Source of the DNA: Thermoproteota archaeon
GTDB lineage: Archaea > Korarchaeota > Korarchaeia > Korarchaeales > Korarchaeaceae
Direction of reading: 5' to 3'
Length of the DNA: 64,000 nucleotides
Assembly (NCBI GenBank): GCA_026986575.1
Contig: JALSOH010000006.1
Coordinates: 440,153 to 504,152 of the forward strand
Each line of letters begins with the position of its first letter. Positions within the stretch are counted from its first letter, which is position 1. The notes beneath the pieces were generated by a model. The model was not told the DNA's origin. It saw only the letters and a list, made by a program, of their open reading frames with translations, and made no database searches. Positions 39,797 through 48,325 of this stretch are shown piece by piece. Made by a program: the position numbers and the translations under genes.

Positions 39797-40573
39797 ATGA
39801 TGAGACTGAAGGTGGCCACCTACAACGTCAACTCCATAAGGTCCAGGTTGCATATCATCGTACCGTGGCTGGAGGAAAACGAACCTGACCTGCTCTGCAT
39901 GCAGGAAACTAAGGTGGACGACACCAAGTTTCCCGTGAAGGCCTTCGAGGACATAGGGTACAGGGTGGTTTTCCATGGAACTGGCAGATATAACGGGGTG
40001 GCCATCGCTTCCAAGGAGGAGCTGAAGGATGTTAGATTCGGTCTATTCGGCAGGGATCCAGACAGGCTGGTCAGGGGCGTCTACAGGGGAATACATGTTG
40101 TGAACACCTACGTGCCTCAGGGTTACAAGATAGACAGCCCGCGCTATCATTACAAGCTCCAGTGGCTCAGGGACCTGAGGAGGCTCTTTGAGGAGGAGTA
40201 CGATCCCGAATGGATGATCCTCTGGTGCGGCGATATGAATGTCGCCCCTGAGGAGATAGATGTGCACAACCCAAAGAGGCTGAAGAACCACGTGGACTTC
40301 CACATAGAGGCGAGAAGGGCTTTCAAGGAAGTGGTGGAGTGGGGTTTCGTGGATGTGTTCAGGAAGCATCACCCCGATGAGCCTCATCAGTACACCTTCT
40401 ACGATTACAGGGTTCCCAAGGCGATAGAGAGGAAGCTCGGATGGAGAGTCGATCATATCATGGCCACGAAGCCGTTGGCCGACAGGTCGGTGGACAGCTA
40501 CATTGACATGAAGCCTAGGCTAGCGGAGAAGCCCTCCGATCACACGATACTTGTGGCTGAGTTCGAGATCTGA
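39797..40573 (+). CDS. xth: Exodeoxyribonuclease III / AP endonuclease
   Basis: ATYNVNS, MQETK, YNGVA, GDMNVA, GWRVDH, SDH. Confidence 0.96.
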   Translation: MMRLKVATYNVNSIRSRLHIIVPWLEENEPDLLCMQETKVDDTKFPVKAFEDIGYRVVFHGTGRYNGVAIASKEELKDVRFGLFGRDPDRLVRGVYRGIHVVNTYVPQGYKIDSPRYHYKLQWLRDLRRLFEEEYDPEWMILWCGDMNVAPEEIDVHNPKRLKNHVDFHIEARRAFKEVVEWGFVDVFRKHHPDEPHQYTFYDYRVPKAIERKLGWRVDHIMATKPLADRSVDSYIDMKPRLAEKPSDHTILVAEFEI

Positions 40574-40671
40574 TTCTACCTAAAGATTCAAGCTAGGCGC
40601 CGAGCTGACTCTAATTTTATCTAACCTCAGATGACCCCAACTTTATTCGATTTAAACTCAAATGAAATAGA

Positions 40672-41619
40672 TCAGATCAGGGGCGCAACCTTCCTTCCCG
40701 CCACGCCGACCCCGTAAATTATCTTACTGCCTTCATTGAAAGCGAAGGACATGGTTGGAGTATTGTACGCCAGCCCCACGTTTCCTCGAGAATCTATGAG
40801 TATTAGACCGGCTCCTCCCCCGACCCTCTTCTCCATGATCTCGATGGCCCTCTTGGCAGCGCTGGCTGGATCAGTCGCTTGGGAGACAAGATCCAGCGCG
40901 GTCTTAGACAGGACAACCCTCATTATAGACTCCCCAAGTCCCGTCGCGCTAGCCCCTCCCAGCGTGTTGTCAGCGTAGGCACCGCTACCAACCAGAGGGG
41001 TATCGCCCACTCTCCCGGGCATCTTCAGGGGCGTTCCTCCTGTGGAAGTGGCTGCAGCTAAGTTTCCATCCTCGTCTATTGCCACCGCTCCAACCGTCGA
41101 GTACATGAATTCCTTGGAGGGGTTCACCTTTCCCGCCCTCATTTCCTCCCACTCTCTCTTACGCCTCTCCGTCAGGAAGTATGAGGGATCGGCCAGCTCG
41201 ATGCCCATGACCTCGGCCAGCCTGTCCGCCCACTCGCCCGCGAACATGTTGTGATCCGTCCTCTCCATCACGGCTCTGGCCAGCCTGACGGGATTCTTAA
41301 CCCTCCTCACAGCTGCCACGGCACCCATTGAGAGGGAGGAACCGTCGATCACAATGGCATCCATCTCGATGAACCCCTTGCTATTAAGGACAGACCCCCT
41401 GCCCGCGTTGAAGGTGGGATCATCCTCCATGTACGCCACGGCCTCGACAACCGCGTCAAGAGCGCTTCCCCCACCCCTCAAGATCTCTAACCCTATATTT
41501 ACCGCTTTCATGACACCCTCTGCATATAGAGGAGCCTTATCTTCAGGTATCTTACCAGCTCCGCCATGGACGATGACCCTGAAAGGCTCACCTGTCCTGG
41601 GAGAAAGGAGCTGCTCCAC
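40672..41619 (-). CDS. Isoaspartyl peptidase / L-asparaginase (Ntn hydrolase)
   Basis: IVHGGAG, FNAGRGS, TVGAVA, TSTGG, GRVGDTP, TGLGE. Confidence 0.95.
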   Translation of the reverse strand: MEQLLSPRTGEPFRVIVHGGAGKIPEDKAPLYAEGVMKAVNIGLEILRGGGSALDAVVEAVAYMEDDPTFNAGRGSVLNSKGFIEMDAIVIDGSSLSMGAVAAVRRVKNPVRLARAVMERTDHNMFAGEWADRLAEVMGIELADPSYFLTERRKREWEEMRAGKVNPSKEFMYSTVGAVAIDEDGNLAAATSTGGTPLKMPGRVGDTPLVGSGAYADNTLGGASATGLGESIMRVVLSKTALDLVSQATDPASAAKRAIEIMEKRVGGGAGLILIDSRGNVGLAYNTPTMSFAFNEGSKIIYGVGVAGRKVAPLI

Positions 41620-41901
41620 TTTTCCACCTAGGTCATTAATCCACGAGATCTTATAAATAATCTGTCTAATTAAAAATTTTCCTTATTAATTCATGCGAAT
41701 ATTGACGCAGAACTCTTAATATATTTCATTGAATTGACCATACAACAACGCTTTTTCTATGCAATTCTACCTGCACAGACAAGGGGAAGAGTCTCTCTGC
41801 CAACTTCTGGAATCCGAATAAGTTTCTTTTCCGATAGAGCTTATATTTTAGTTGCTTCAAAGAAAATGAGGCCTTAAGGGGCCCGAGAGAGGTGTCATGG
41901 G

Positions 41902-43119
41902 ATGAATACGAGGAACCTAGTGATAGGAATAGTAGTGGTGATAGTGGTCATAGTGGCTGCCTATTTTGCCCTACAGGGCGGTGCTGGCGCTCAGGAGATC
42001 AAGGTAGGGGCCCTATACAACATAGGAGGCTTCATGGGATCCATAGATGCTCCGGCCGCCAACGGAGTGAAGTTGGCGGTCAAACAGATAAACGAGGCCG
42101 GTGGGATCAATGGGAAGAAGATAAAACTCATCCTGATAGATACTAAGTCTGACCAGACCGAAACGGCTGCAGCTGCCAAGAGACTCGTGCAGGAAGGAGT
42201 CGTCGCCATGGTAGGCTACGGGGACACCAACTTCGCCAGAATAGCAGGGGAGATAGCTCAAGCTAATAAGATACCTTTCATCACAAGCGGTGCCACCCAT
42301 CCTCTATTGCCTAAATGGGTAGGCGATTACATGTTCCTAGCTCCTTTCGGAGACAATGTGCAAGCATCTGCTGTCGCTGAATATGCAGCGAAGAAATTGG
42401 GTTACAAGAAGGTCGTCGTATGGGTTGATGTGGAGATGGACTTCAGCAGGGCCGTCTGCACGTATTTCGTAGACGCGTTCAAGCACTACACCGGTGACCC
42501 CAACTCTATAGTCTATATAGATACCTTCCATACAAACGATAAGGACTTCTCAGCTCAGATAGCTAGGCTGAAGGACAAGATGAAGTCCGAGAAGATCGAT
42601 GCAATCTATATAGGCGCCACCCCTGGTAACGTTGGGCTTATAATAAAGCAGATAAGGGACGCTGGGATAAATCTCCCCATTTTAGGAGAAGACGGCTTTG
42701 ATACTCCGGAAATGGTGAAAGTGGCTGGTAAGGCGGCTGAGGGGACTATATTCTCCACCCATGTCTCACTCGATGTGCCACCCAATGACAGAGTGAAGAA
42801 ATTCATAGAGGACTATCAGAAAGAATACGGTAGAAAACCGGAGAATGCCTTCGCGGCACTAGGATACGATGCGATGATGGTGCTCGCCGAAGCGATAAAG
42901 AAAGCCGGTAGTACTGATCCTACCGCAATAAAGAATGCCTTAGAGAGGATAAAGAACTTCCCTGCGGTCACGGGTACAATAAACTACTCACCTCAGAACC
43001 ACGTTCCACAGAAGGCGGTTTCTATAATCCAAGTTAAGAATGGAAAGTTCGTGACCTTAGAGCAGCTGATACCTGATTACATGCCTCCAGCTGAGCTGGC
43101 CCTGAACCCGATACCTTAA
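41902..43119 (+). CDS. Liv-type ABC transporter substrate-binding protein
   Basis: N-terminal anchor, IN.AGGINGKKI, DFSAQI, GYDA, F.AVTG.I. Confidence 0.93.
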   Translation: MNTRNLVIGIVVVIVVIVAAYFALQGGAGAQEIKVGALYNIGGFMGSIDAPAANGVKLAVKQINEAGGINGKKIKLILIDTKSDQTETAAAAKRLVQEGVVAMVGYGDTNFARIAGEIAQANKIPFITSGATHPLLPKWVGDYMFLAPFGDNVQASAVAEYAAKKLGYKKVVVWVDVEMDFSRAVCTYFVDAFKHYTGDPNSIVYIDTFHTNDKDFSAQIARLKDKMKSEKIDAIYIGATPGNVGLIIKQIRDAGINLPILGEDGFDTPEMVKVAGKAAEGTIFSTHVSLDVPPNDRVKKFIEDYQKEYGRKPENAFAALGYDAMMVLAEAIKKAGSTDPTAIKNALERIKNFPAVTGTINYSPQNHVPQKAVSIIQVKNGKFVTLEQLIPDYMPPAELALNPIP

Positions 43120-43153
43120 ACCCCCTAATCCACCTTTTTTACAGGGTGATTTC

Positions 43154-43915
43154 TTGTCCCTCTTGGAAGTCAGGGGACTGACAAAGAGGTTCGGTGGACT
43201 CTTGGCCGTGGACGATTATCGGTTAGACCTCCCTAAGGGGGAGATTTACGGCCTGATAGGCCCCAACGGTGCCGGGAAGACCACGGTGTTCAACCTCATC
43301 ACCGGATACATAAGGCCGGATGGAGGCTCGGTCAGGTTCGAGGGCAGGGACATAACGGGCCTGCCACCGAATAGGGTGTCGGAGCTGGGCATTGCTAGGA
43401 CCTTCCAGAACCTGCGCATATTCAGGAGGCTCACGGTCATGGAGAACCTCCTGATAGGGAGGCACAAGTCCTACTCCTACTCCCTACTGGACACCGTGTT
43501 CATGAATTCTAGGTACGCAGGAGAGGAGATGGATGGGGAGCGTGAGGTCCGTGAGGTCATGAGGGAACTAGGCATTCACGAGTACGCGGATAGGCTCGCG
43601 GGGGAGCTCCCCTACGGGATACAGCGACTTGTAGAGATAGGGAGAAGCCTCCTCACCAAGCCGAAACTCCTCATGCTGGACGAGCCCACAGCTGGAATGA
43701 ATCCTAAAGAGGCGGAGGAGCTTATATCCAAGGTCAGGGAGATAAAAGAGAGCTTCGACCTCACGGTTCTCATCGTCGAACACAGAATGAAGGTGATCCA
43801 GGGACTCTGCAACTGGGTGCAGGTGCTCGATCATGGAAGGATAATCGCTGAGGGGACCTACGACGAGGTCGTCAGCAATCCCAAGGTGATAGAGGTGTAT
43901 CTGGGAGGGACCTGA
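43154..43915 (+). CDS. livG: Liv-type ABC ATPase (LivG-like)
   Basis: GPNGAGKTT, ARTFQN, LPYG, LDEPTAG, EVYLG. Confidence 0.92.
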   Translation: MSLLEVRGLTKRFGGLLAVDDYRLDLPKGEIYGLIGPNGAGKTTVFNLITGYIRPDGGSVRFEGRDITGLPPNRVSELGIARTFQNLRIFRRLTVMENLLIGRHKSYSYSLLDTVFMNSRYAGEEMDGEREVREVMRELGIHEYADRLAGELPYGIQRLVEIGRSLLTKPKLLMLDEPTAGMNPKEAEELISKVREIKESFDLTVLIVEHRMKVIQGLCNWVQVLDHGRIIAEGTYDEVVSNPKVIEVYLGGT

Positions 43916-44626
43916 ATGGCCCTCTTGGATGTTAAGGATTTATTCGTGAGTTACGGTCCTTTGGTAGCTGTTCAGGGTATAAGCTTTCAGGTGAGAAAGG
44001 GTCAGGTCGTGAGCCTGCTCGGGAGCAACGGAGCCGGTAAGACAACCACTCTCAGGGCTATCTCCGGTACCATAACTCTTGTGGGAGGGAAAGTGACGGG
44101 AGGCAGCATATCCTTCGAAGGCCAAGAGATAACCAAGGTATCGCCTCACAGGAGGGTGAGGATGGGCATCTCCCTAGTCCCGGAGGGTAGGAAGATATTC
44201 CACAGGCTCACGGTCTACGAGAATCTCGTGGTAGGTGGCTACACGGTAAAGGACTTGGAGGACAGGTTGGAGTTCGTTTACCAGCTCTTCCCCATCCTGA
44301 AGGAGAGAAGGAATCAGATAGCTGGCTCCCTGAGCGGGGGAGAGCAGCAGATGCTCGCCATAGCTAGGGGGCTGATGAGCAACCCCAAGCTCCTGCTGCT
44401 GGACGAACCATCACTGGGATTGGCTCCTCGAGTAGTAGATATCCTCTACGATGCGATCTCCAAGATAAATGAGGAGAGAACGACGGTGCTAGTGGTGGAG
44501 CAGCATGTCAAGAAGGCGCTCACTCACTCACACTACATCTACGTGATCCAGACTGGCAGGATAATAGCGAGTGGGGAGCCCGAGGAGGTCCTCTCCATGG
44601 ACATGGTGAAGGCATATCTAGGGTGA
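43916..44626 (+). CDS. livF: Liv-type ABC ATPase (LivF-like)
   Basis: GSNGAGKTT, VPEGR, LSGGEQQMLA, LDEPSLGLAP. Confidence 0.93.
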   Translation: MALLDVKDLFVSYGPLVAVQGISFQVRKGQVVSLLGSNGAGKTTTLRAISGTITLVGGKVTGGSISFEGQEITKVSPHRRVRMGISLVPEGRKIFHRLTVYENLVVGGYTVKDLEDRLEFVYQLFPILKERRNQIAGSLSGGEQQMLAIARGLMSNPKLLLLDEPSLGLAPRVVDILYDAISKINEERTTVLVVEQHVKKALTHSHYIYVIQTGRIIASGEPEEVLSMDMVKAYLG

Positions 44627-44630
44627 TATA

Positions 44631-45524
44631 ATGGTCAGCGCAACCTACATTCTGGACCTGTTCGTAGGGAGCTTCGTCCTCGGGAGCATGTACGCCCTCC
44701 TCGCGATAGGTATGAGCATAATATACGGGATCCTCAGGCTCATCAACTTCGCCCACGGAGCGATGCTGATGGTCGGCGCCTACTTCTACATCATGTTCTT
44801 GGCCATGGGACTTGATCCGATAACTTCACTGCCTCTCTCGATGGCGCTGGGAGCCGTCTTGGGCGTGGCCATAGATTTCTTCGCCTACAGGCCCCTGAGG
44901 GGAGGACCGGAGCTATCCATGCTGATCACCTCGCTTGGGGTCTACATATTCTTGGAGAACCTAGTGAGGATCATCGCAACCCCGCAGCCCAGAGTGTTCC
45001 CATTGCCCGAATTCCTGAAAGGGGTTTACAGGTACGGGGACTTCTCCGTGAGGGTCATAGAGATCTTCACCATAATCTCCACGCTCGTCCTGTTCGCCGC
45101 CTTAGTTCTCTTCTTCACTAAGACGAAGGTGGGCATAGCCATGAGGGCCACTGCCGATGACTTGGAGGCGAGCGTACTCATGGGCATCGACGCGAACCGA
45201 ATCATAATGATCGCTTTCGCCCTCGCCTCAATGGTCGCTGCACTGACCGGCTTCCTGTGGGGAGGTATGTACGGCCAAGTCGATCCCACCACGGGCTTCA
45301 TGCCCGGCGTGAAGGCCTTCATAGCTGCCGTCGTCGGGGGCATAGGCAGCCTGACGGGCTCCGTGCTGGGAGGCTACATCTTGGGCTACGCTGAGATATA
45401 CTCAGTGGGCCTCCTTCCACCCGAGTACTCTGGGCTCAGGGACGGCATCTCATTCCTGATCCTCATAATAATACTCCTGATCAGGCCCTACGGCCTCTTC
45501 GGCAGGGAGGTGGAGCGCGTATGA
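44631..45524 (+). CDS. livH: Liv-type ABC permease (LivH-like)
   Basis: YALLAIG...INFAHG, G.AMRA, KAF.A.V.GG.GS, RPYGLFG. Confidence 0.93.
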   Translation: MVSATYILDLFVGSFVLGSMYALLAIGMSIIYGILRLINFAHGAMLMVGAYFYIMFLAMGLDPITSLPLSMALGAVLGVAIDFFAYRPLRGGPELSMLITSLGVYIFLENLVRIIATPQPRVFPLPEFLKGVYRYGDFSVRVIEIFTIISTLVLFAALVLFFTKTKVGIAMRATADDLEASVLMGIDANRIIMIAFALASMVAALTGFLWGGMYGQVDPTTGFMPGVKAFIAAVVGGIGSLTGSVLGGYILGYAEIYSVGLLPPEYSGLRDGISFLILIIILLIRPYGLFGREVERV

Positions 45525-46525
45525 GGGATGCTAAGAGGATGCTGTTGACTACCTTGGTTGGCGCCGCCTTCCTGCTGCTTATCGACAACTTCGCCTCAGG
45601 TTACCATAAGTACCTGATAGAGCTCATGGGGATATACGCTATCCTCACAGTGAGCTTGGGCCTGACTAACGGCTTCACCGATGTGTTCAGCCTAGGGCAT
45701 GTGGGCTTCATGGCCGTCGGGGCGTACACGGCTGCGCTACTGACCTTCCCTCTGGAGAAGAGACCCAGCTACTTTCCAGAGCTTCCAGACATATTGAAAG
45801 GCGCTTATCTACCCTATCCGGCAGCTCTCATAGTCGGAGGACTCTTGGCCGCGGCGATTGCCCTCGTCATAGGCTTCCCCGTCCTCAGGCTGAGGGGTCA
45901 CTACTTGGCCGTCGCAACTCTGGGCTTCATGGCAGTCGTGTACTCCCTCCTCCTGAACCTAGAGCCCATTACTAGAGGGGCATTGGGGATAAGCGGCATT
46001 CCCGAGTACACTAACATCTGGTGGATCTACCTCTGGCTGGGCATCACCATCTACGTGACATGGAGGATAGTCGACTCCTACCACGGAAGGGCCATGATAG
46101 CCATCAGGGAGGACAGCACTGCCGCCCAGAGCCTCGGGATAGACACGTTCAGGTACAGGCTGATGGCCTTCGTGATAGGCGCCTTCTTCGCTGGGGTCGC
46201 TGGGGGCCTATACGCTCATCTGATCACTTTGATAGATCCTAGGGCCTTCTCCTTCGTCCTCACCTTCAACGTAATAATAATGCTCATTGTCGGTGGCATG
46301 TACACTATATCGGGAGCATGGCTTGGTGCGGTTCTCTTCACGGTTCTCATGCAGGTATTGAAGCCCGTGGAGGAGTCTACAGGCCTTTACGGTCTCGTCG
46401 AATTGATCTTCTCAGCCCTTCTAGTTGCCATTATGATATACAAACCCAGAGGTATACTGGAGGAAGAGCTGCCTGCTGTGGTCAGGAGATGGCTTAAGGC
46501 CGGTGAGGAGTCTAAACGATCTTAA
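45521..46525 (+). CDS. livM: Liv-type ABC permease (LivM-like)
   Basis: SLGH.GF..VGAY, LRLRGHYLAVATLG, AIRED..AA.SLG. Confidence 0.93.
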   Translation: MRDAKRMLLTTLVGAAFLLLIDNFASGYHKYLIELMGIYAILTVSLGLTNGFTDVFSLGHVGFMAVGAYTAALLTFPLEKRPSYFPELPDILKGAYLPYPAALIVGGLLAAAIALVIGFPVLRLRGHYLAVATLGFMAVVYSLLLNLEPITRGALGISGIPEYTNIWWIYLWLGITIYVTWRIVDSYHGRAMIAIREDSTAAQSLGIDTFRYRLMAFVIGAFFAGVAGGLYAHLITLIDPRAFSFVLTFNVIIMLIVGGMYTISGAWLGAVLFTVLMQVLKPVEESTGLYGLVELIFSALLVAIMIYKPRGILEEELPAVVRRWLKAGEESKRS

Positions 46526-46597
46526 ACTTTTTCCTATTTACTCTGATGGTCGGATGGCAAAGGTTATACTTTTCTCATGGATACCTAGATCACATAG

Positions 46598-47371
46598 GTG
46601 ATATCTATGGGGATAATTCTCGACAAGGATGTGAACCTCCTTTTCCTAAACGGGAAGAAGTTCAGGGAAGGTAATTATGACAAAGCCCTCATCCCTGTTG
46701 GCAGCTGTGAGAACCACGGAGATCACCTTCCATTCGGCTCGGACACAATAGTTTCCACAAAGATAGCCGAGGAGGTAGCTAAGAGAGTTAAGGGGGCCTT
46801 CGTTGTTCCTCCTCTTCCCTACGGGATGAGCGAACATTACGCGATGTTCCCCATAGCAGTGTCCCTCAAACCCGAGACCGTCATAGCGGTCCTCAGGGAC
46901 GTGTTCGAGAGCCTTTACAAGCACGGGATCAGAAAGTTCCTCGTCATCAACGGGCACGATGGCAACATCGAGCCAATAGAGATAGCTGCCAGGCAGTTCA
47001 AGGTGCAGCACAAGGACGCTAAAATTGCTGTCCTCGACGCTTGGTGGGTTACTGCCGGCAAGCTCCTGCCTCCAGATACCTTCGAGGTGTGGGAGGGACT
47101 CGGGCACGCCGGTGAGGGAGAGACCTCCATAAACTTGGCCATAGCTCCAGAGCTGGTGGACATGGAAGCCGCGAAGGGCGTGGTCCCGAAGCTTCCCGAG
47201 CACATAAAGATAGTCTGGACCTTCGACGAGCTCACGCCATATGGAGCGACCGGCGATCCCACCAAGGCAACCAAGGAGAAGGGGGAGAAGATGCTGAACG
47301 CCATCGTGGACTTCCTCGTGAAGTTCATAGAGGAGATGGACGCCAAGAACTGGGAGTACAAGCAGTACTGA
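46598..47371 (+). CDS. Creatininase-family amidohydrolase
   Basis: PVGSCENHGDHLP.G.D, NGHDGN, HAGEGETS, GATGDP. Confidence 0.93.
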   Translation: MISMGIILDKDVNLLFLNGKKFREGNYDKALIPVGSCENHGDHLPFGSDTIVSTKIAEEVAKRVKGAFVVPPLPYGMSEHYAMFPIAVSLKPETVIAVLRDVFESLYKHGIRKFLVINGHDGNIEPIEIAARQFKVQHKDAKIAVLDAWWVTAGKLLPPDTFEVWEGLGHAGEGETSINLAIAPELVDMEAAKGVVPKLPEHIKIVWTFDELTPYGATGDPTKATKEKGEKMLNAIVDFLVKFIEEMDAKNWEYKQY

Positions 47372-47399
47372 TTACCTCAACGCTCATTTCCTTCTCTTT

Positions 47400-48174
47400 T
47401 TACCTCATCACTGGTTTAACCACCTCTACAGGGGCTCCCTCTGAATGGAGCTCCTTAAGGAAATCCTCGCTGCTCCAGTATATCAGGAGCATCAAGATAA
47501 GTCCTAATATGCACTCCAGAAAGGAGATCACGTCAGCTGACAGGATTACCATCAGGCCCAATATGGTGAGGGTTCTGAGAACCTCCCTCGCCAAGTAGAG
47601 AAGGCCGCCGATCCCGTATCCCTTACCCAGTCCCTCTCTAGATAGCCTCACCATCATGACCGCGAAGAGGAGGCTGCCCAAGACCATCAACCCGGATCCC
47701 GCGATCGCAACACCGTTCATAGACAGCGCCAGGGCCGGGGGGCACGCCCTCTTGCCCGCTCCCCTCTGCGCTACTCATTGCCGTTATCACGATCCAGCTA
47801 CCTAGGAACGACAGGAGCACGCCGCTGATTATAAGGAGAACTCCTATCCTGCCCACATCTAGGCGGGGATCAAATCTCCTGAGATGTGAGGCACCCTCGT
47901 AGAAGTTGAAGAGTGCTATGACGATTAGCACAAGCATTGTTGCTCCTATTAGCCCTGTAAGCGGGCCTATAAGGTCTTCCAGCCAGGCGGGCATATTTAG
48001 GGAGGTGCGAATGAAGGTCGTGAGAATGAAGGTAAGGAGGACGTTATTTGCCAGCGCCAAGGCCCATGCTATAGAGCCTAGAAGTCCCCCCACCTTCACG
48101 GCCCGTATCCCCTCTACCAAGGAACTCCCCCTATTCCTACCATCCAATTCAGAAACTCTTTCCTCCTTTATCAT
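47400..48174 (-). pseudogene. Frameshifted DUF996/DUF973-like paralogue
   Basis: ORFs 47638-48174 and 47400-47720 join if one base is removed from G6 at 47737-47742 (GVPPALALSMNGVA). FYEGASHLRRFDPRL.VGR.G parallels the 38947-39705 protein. Confidence 0.75.
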
Positions 48175-48325
48175 AAAAATAAAATAACATTGTGACTTAA
48201 AAAGTTAAGTTATATATCCGTAAAAAGTAAGTGTAGGACATATCAATTCACTTCTCCCACATTAGGACGCCTCCGCGGAAAAAGGAGTGGATGCGAAAAG
48301 TGAAAGGGATGCATAGAATCGGAGC

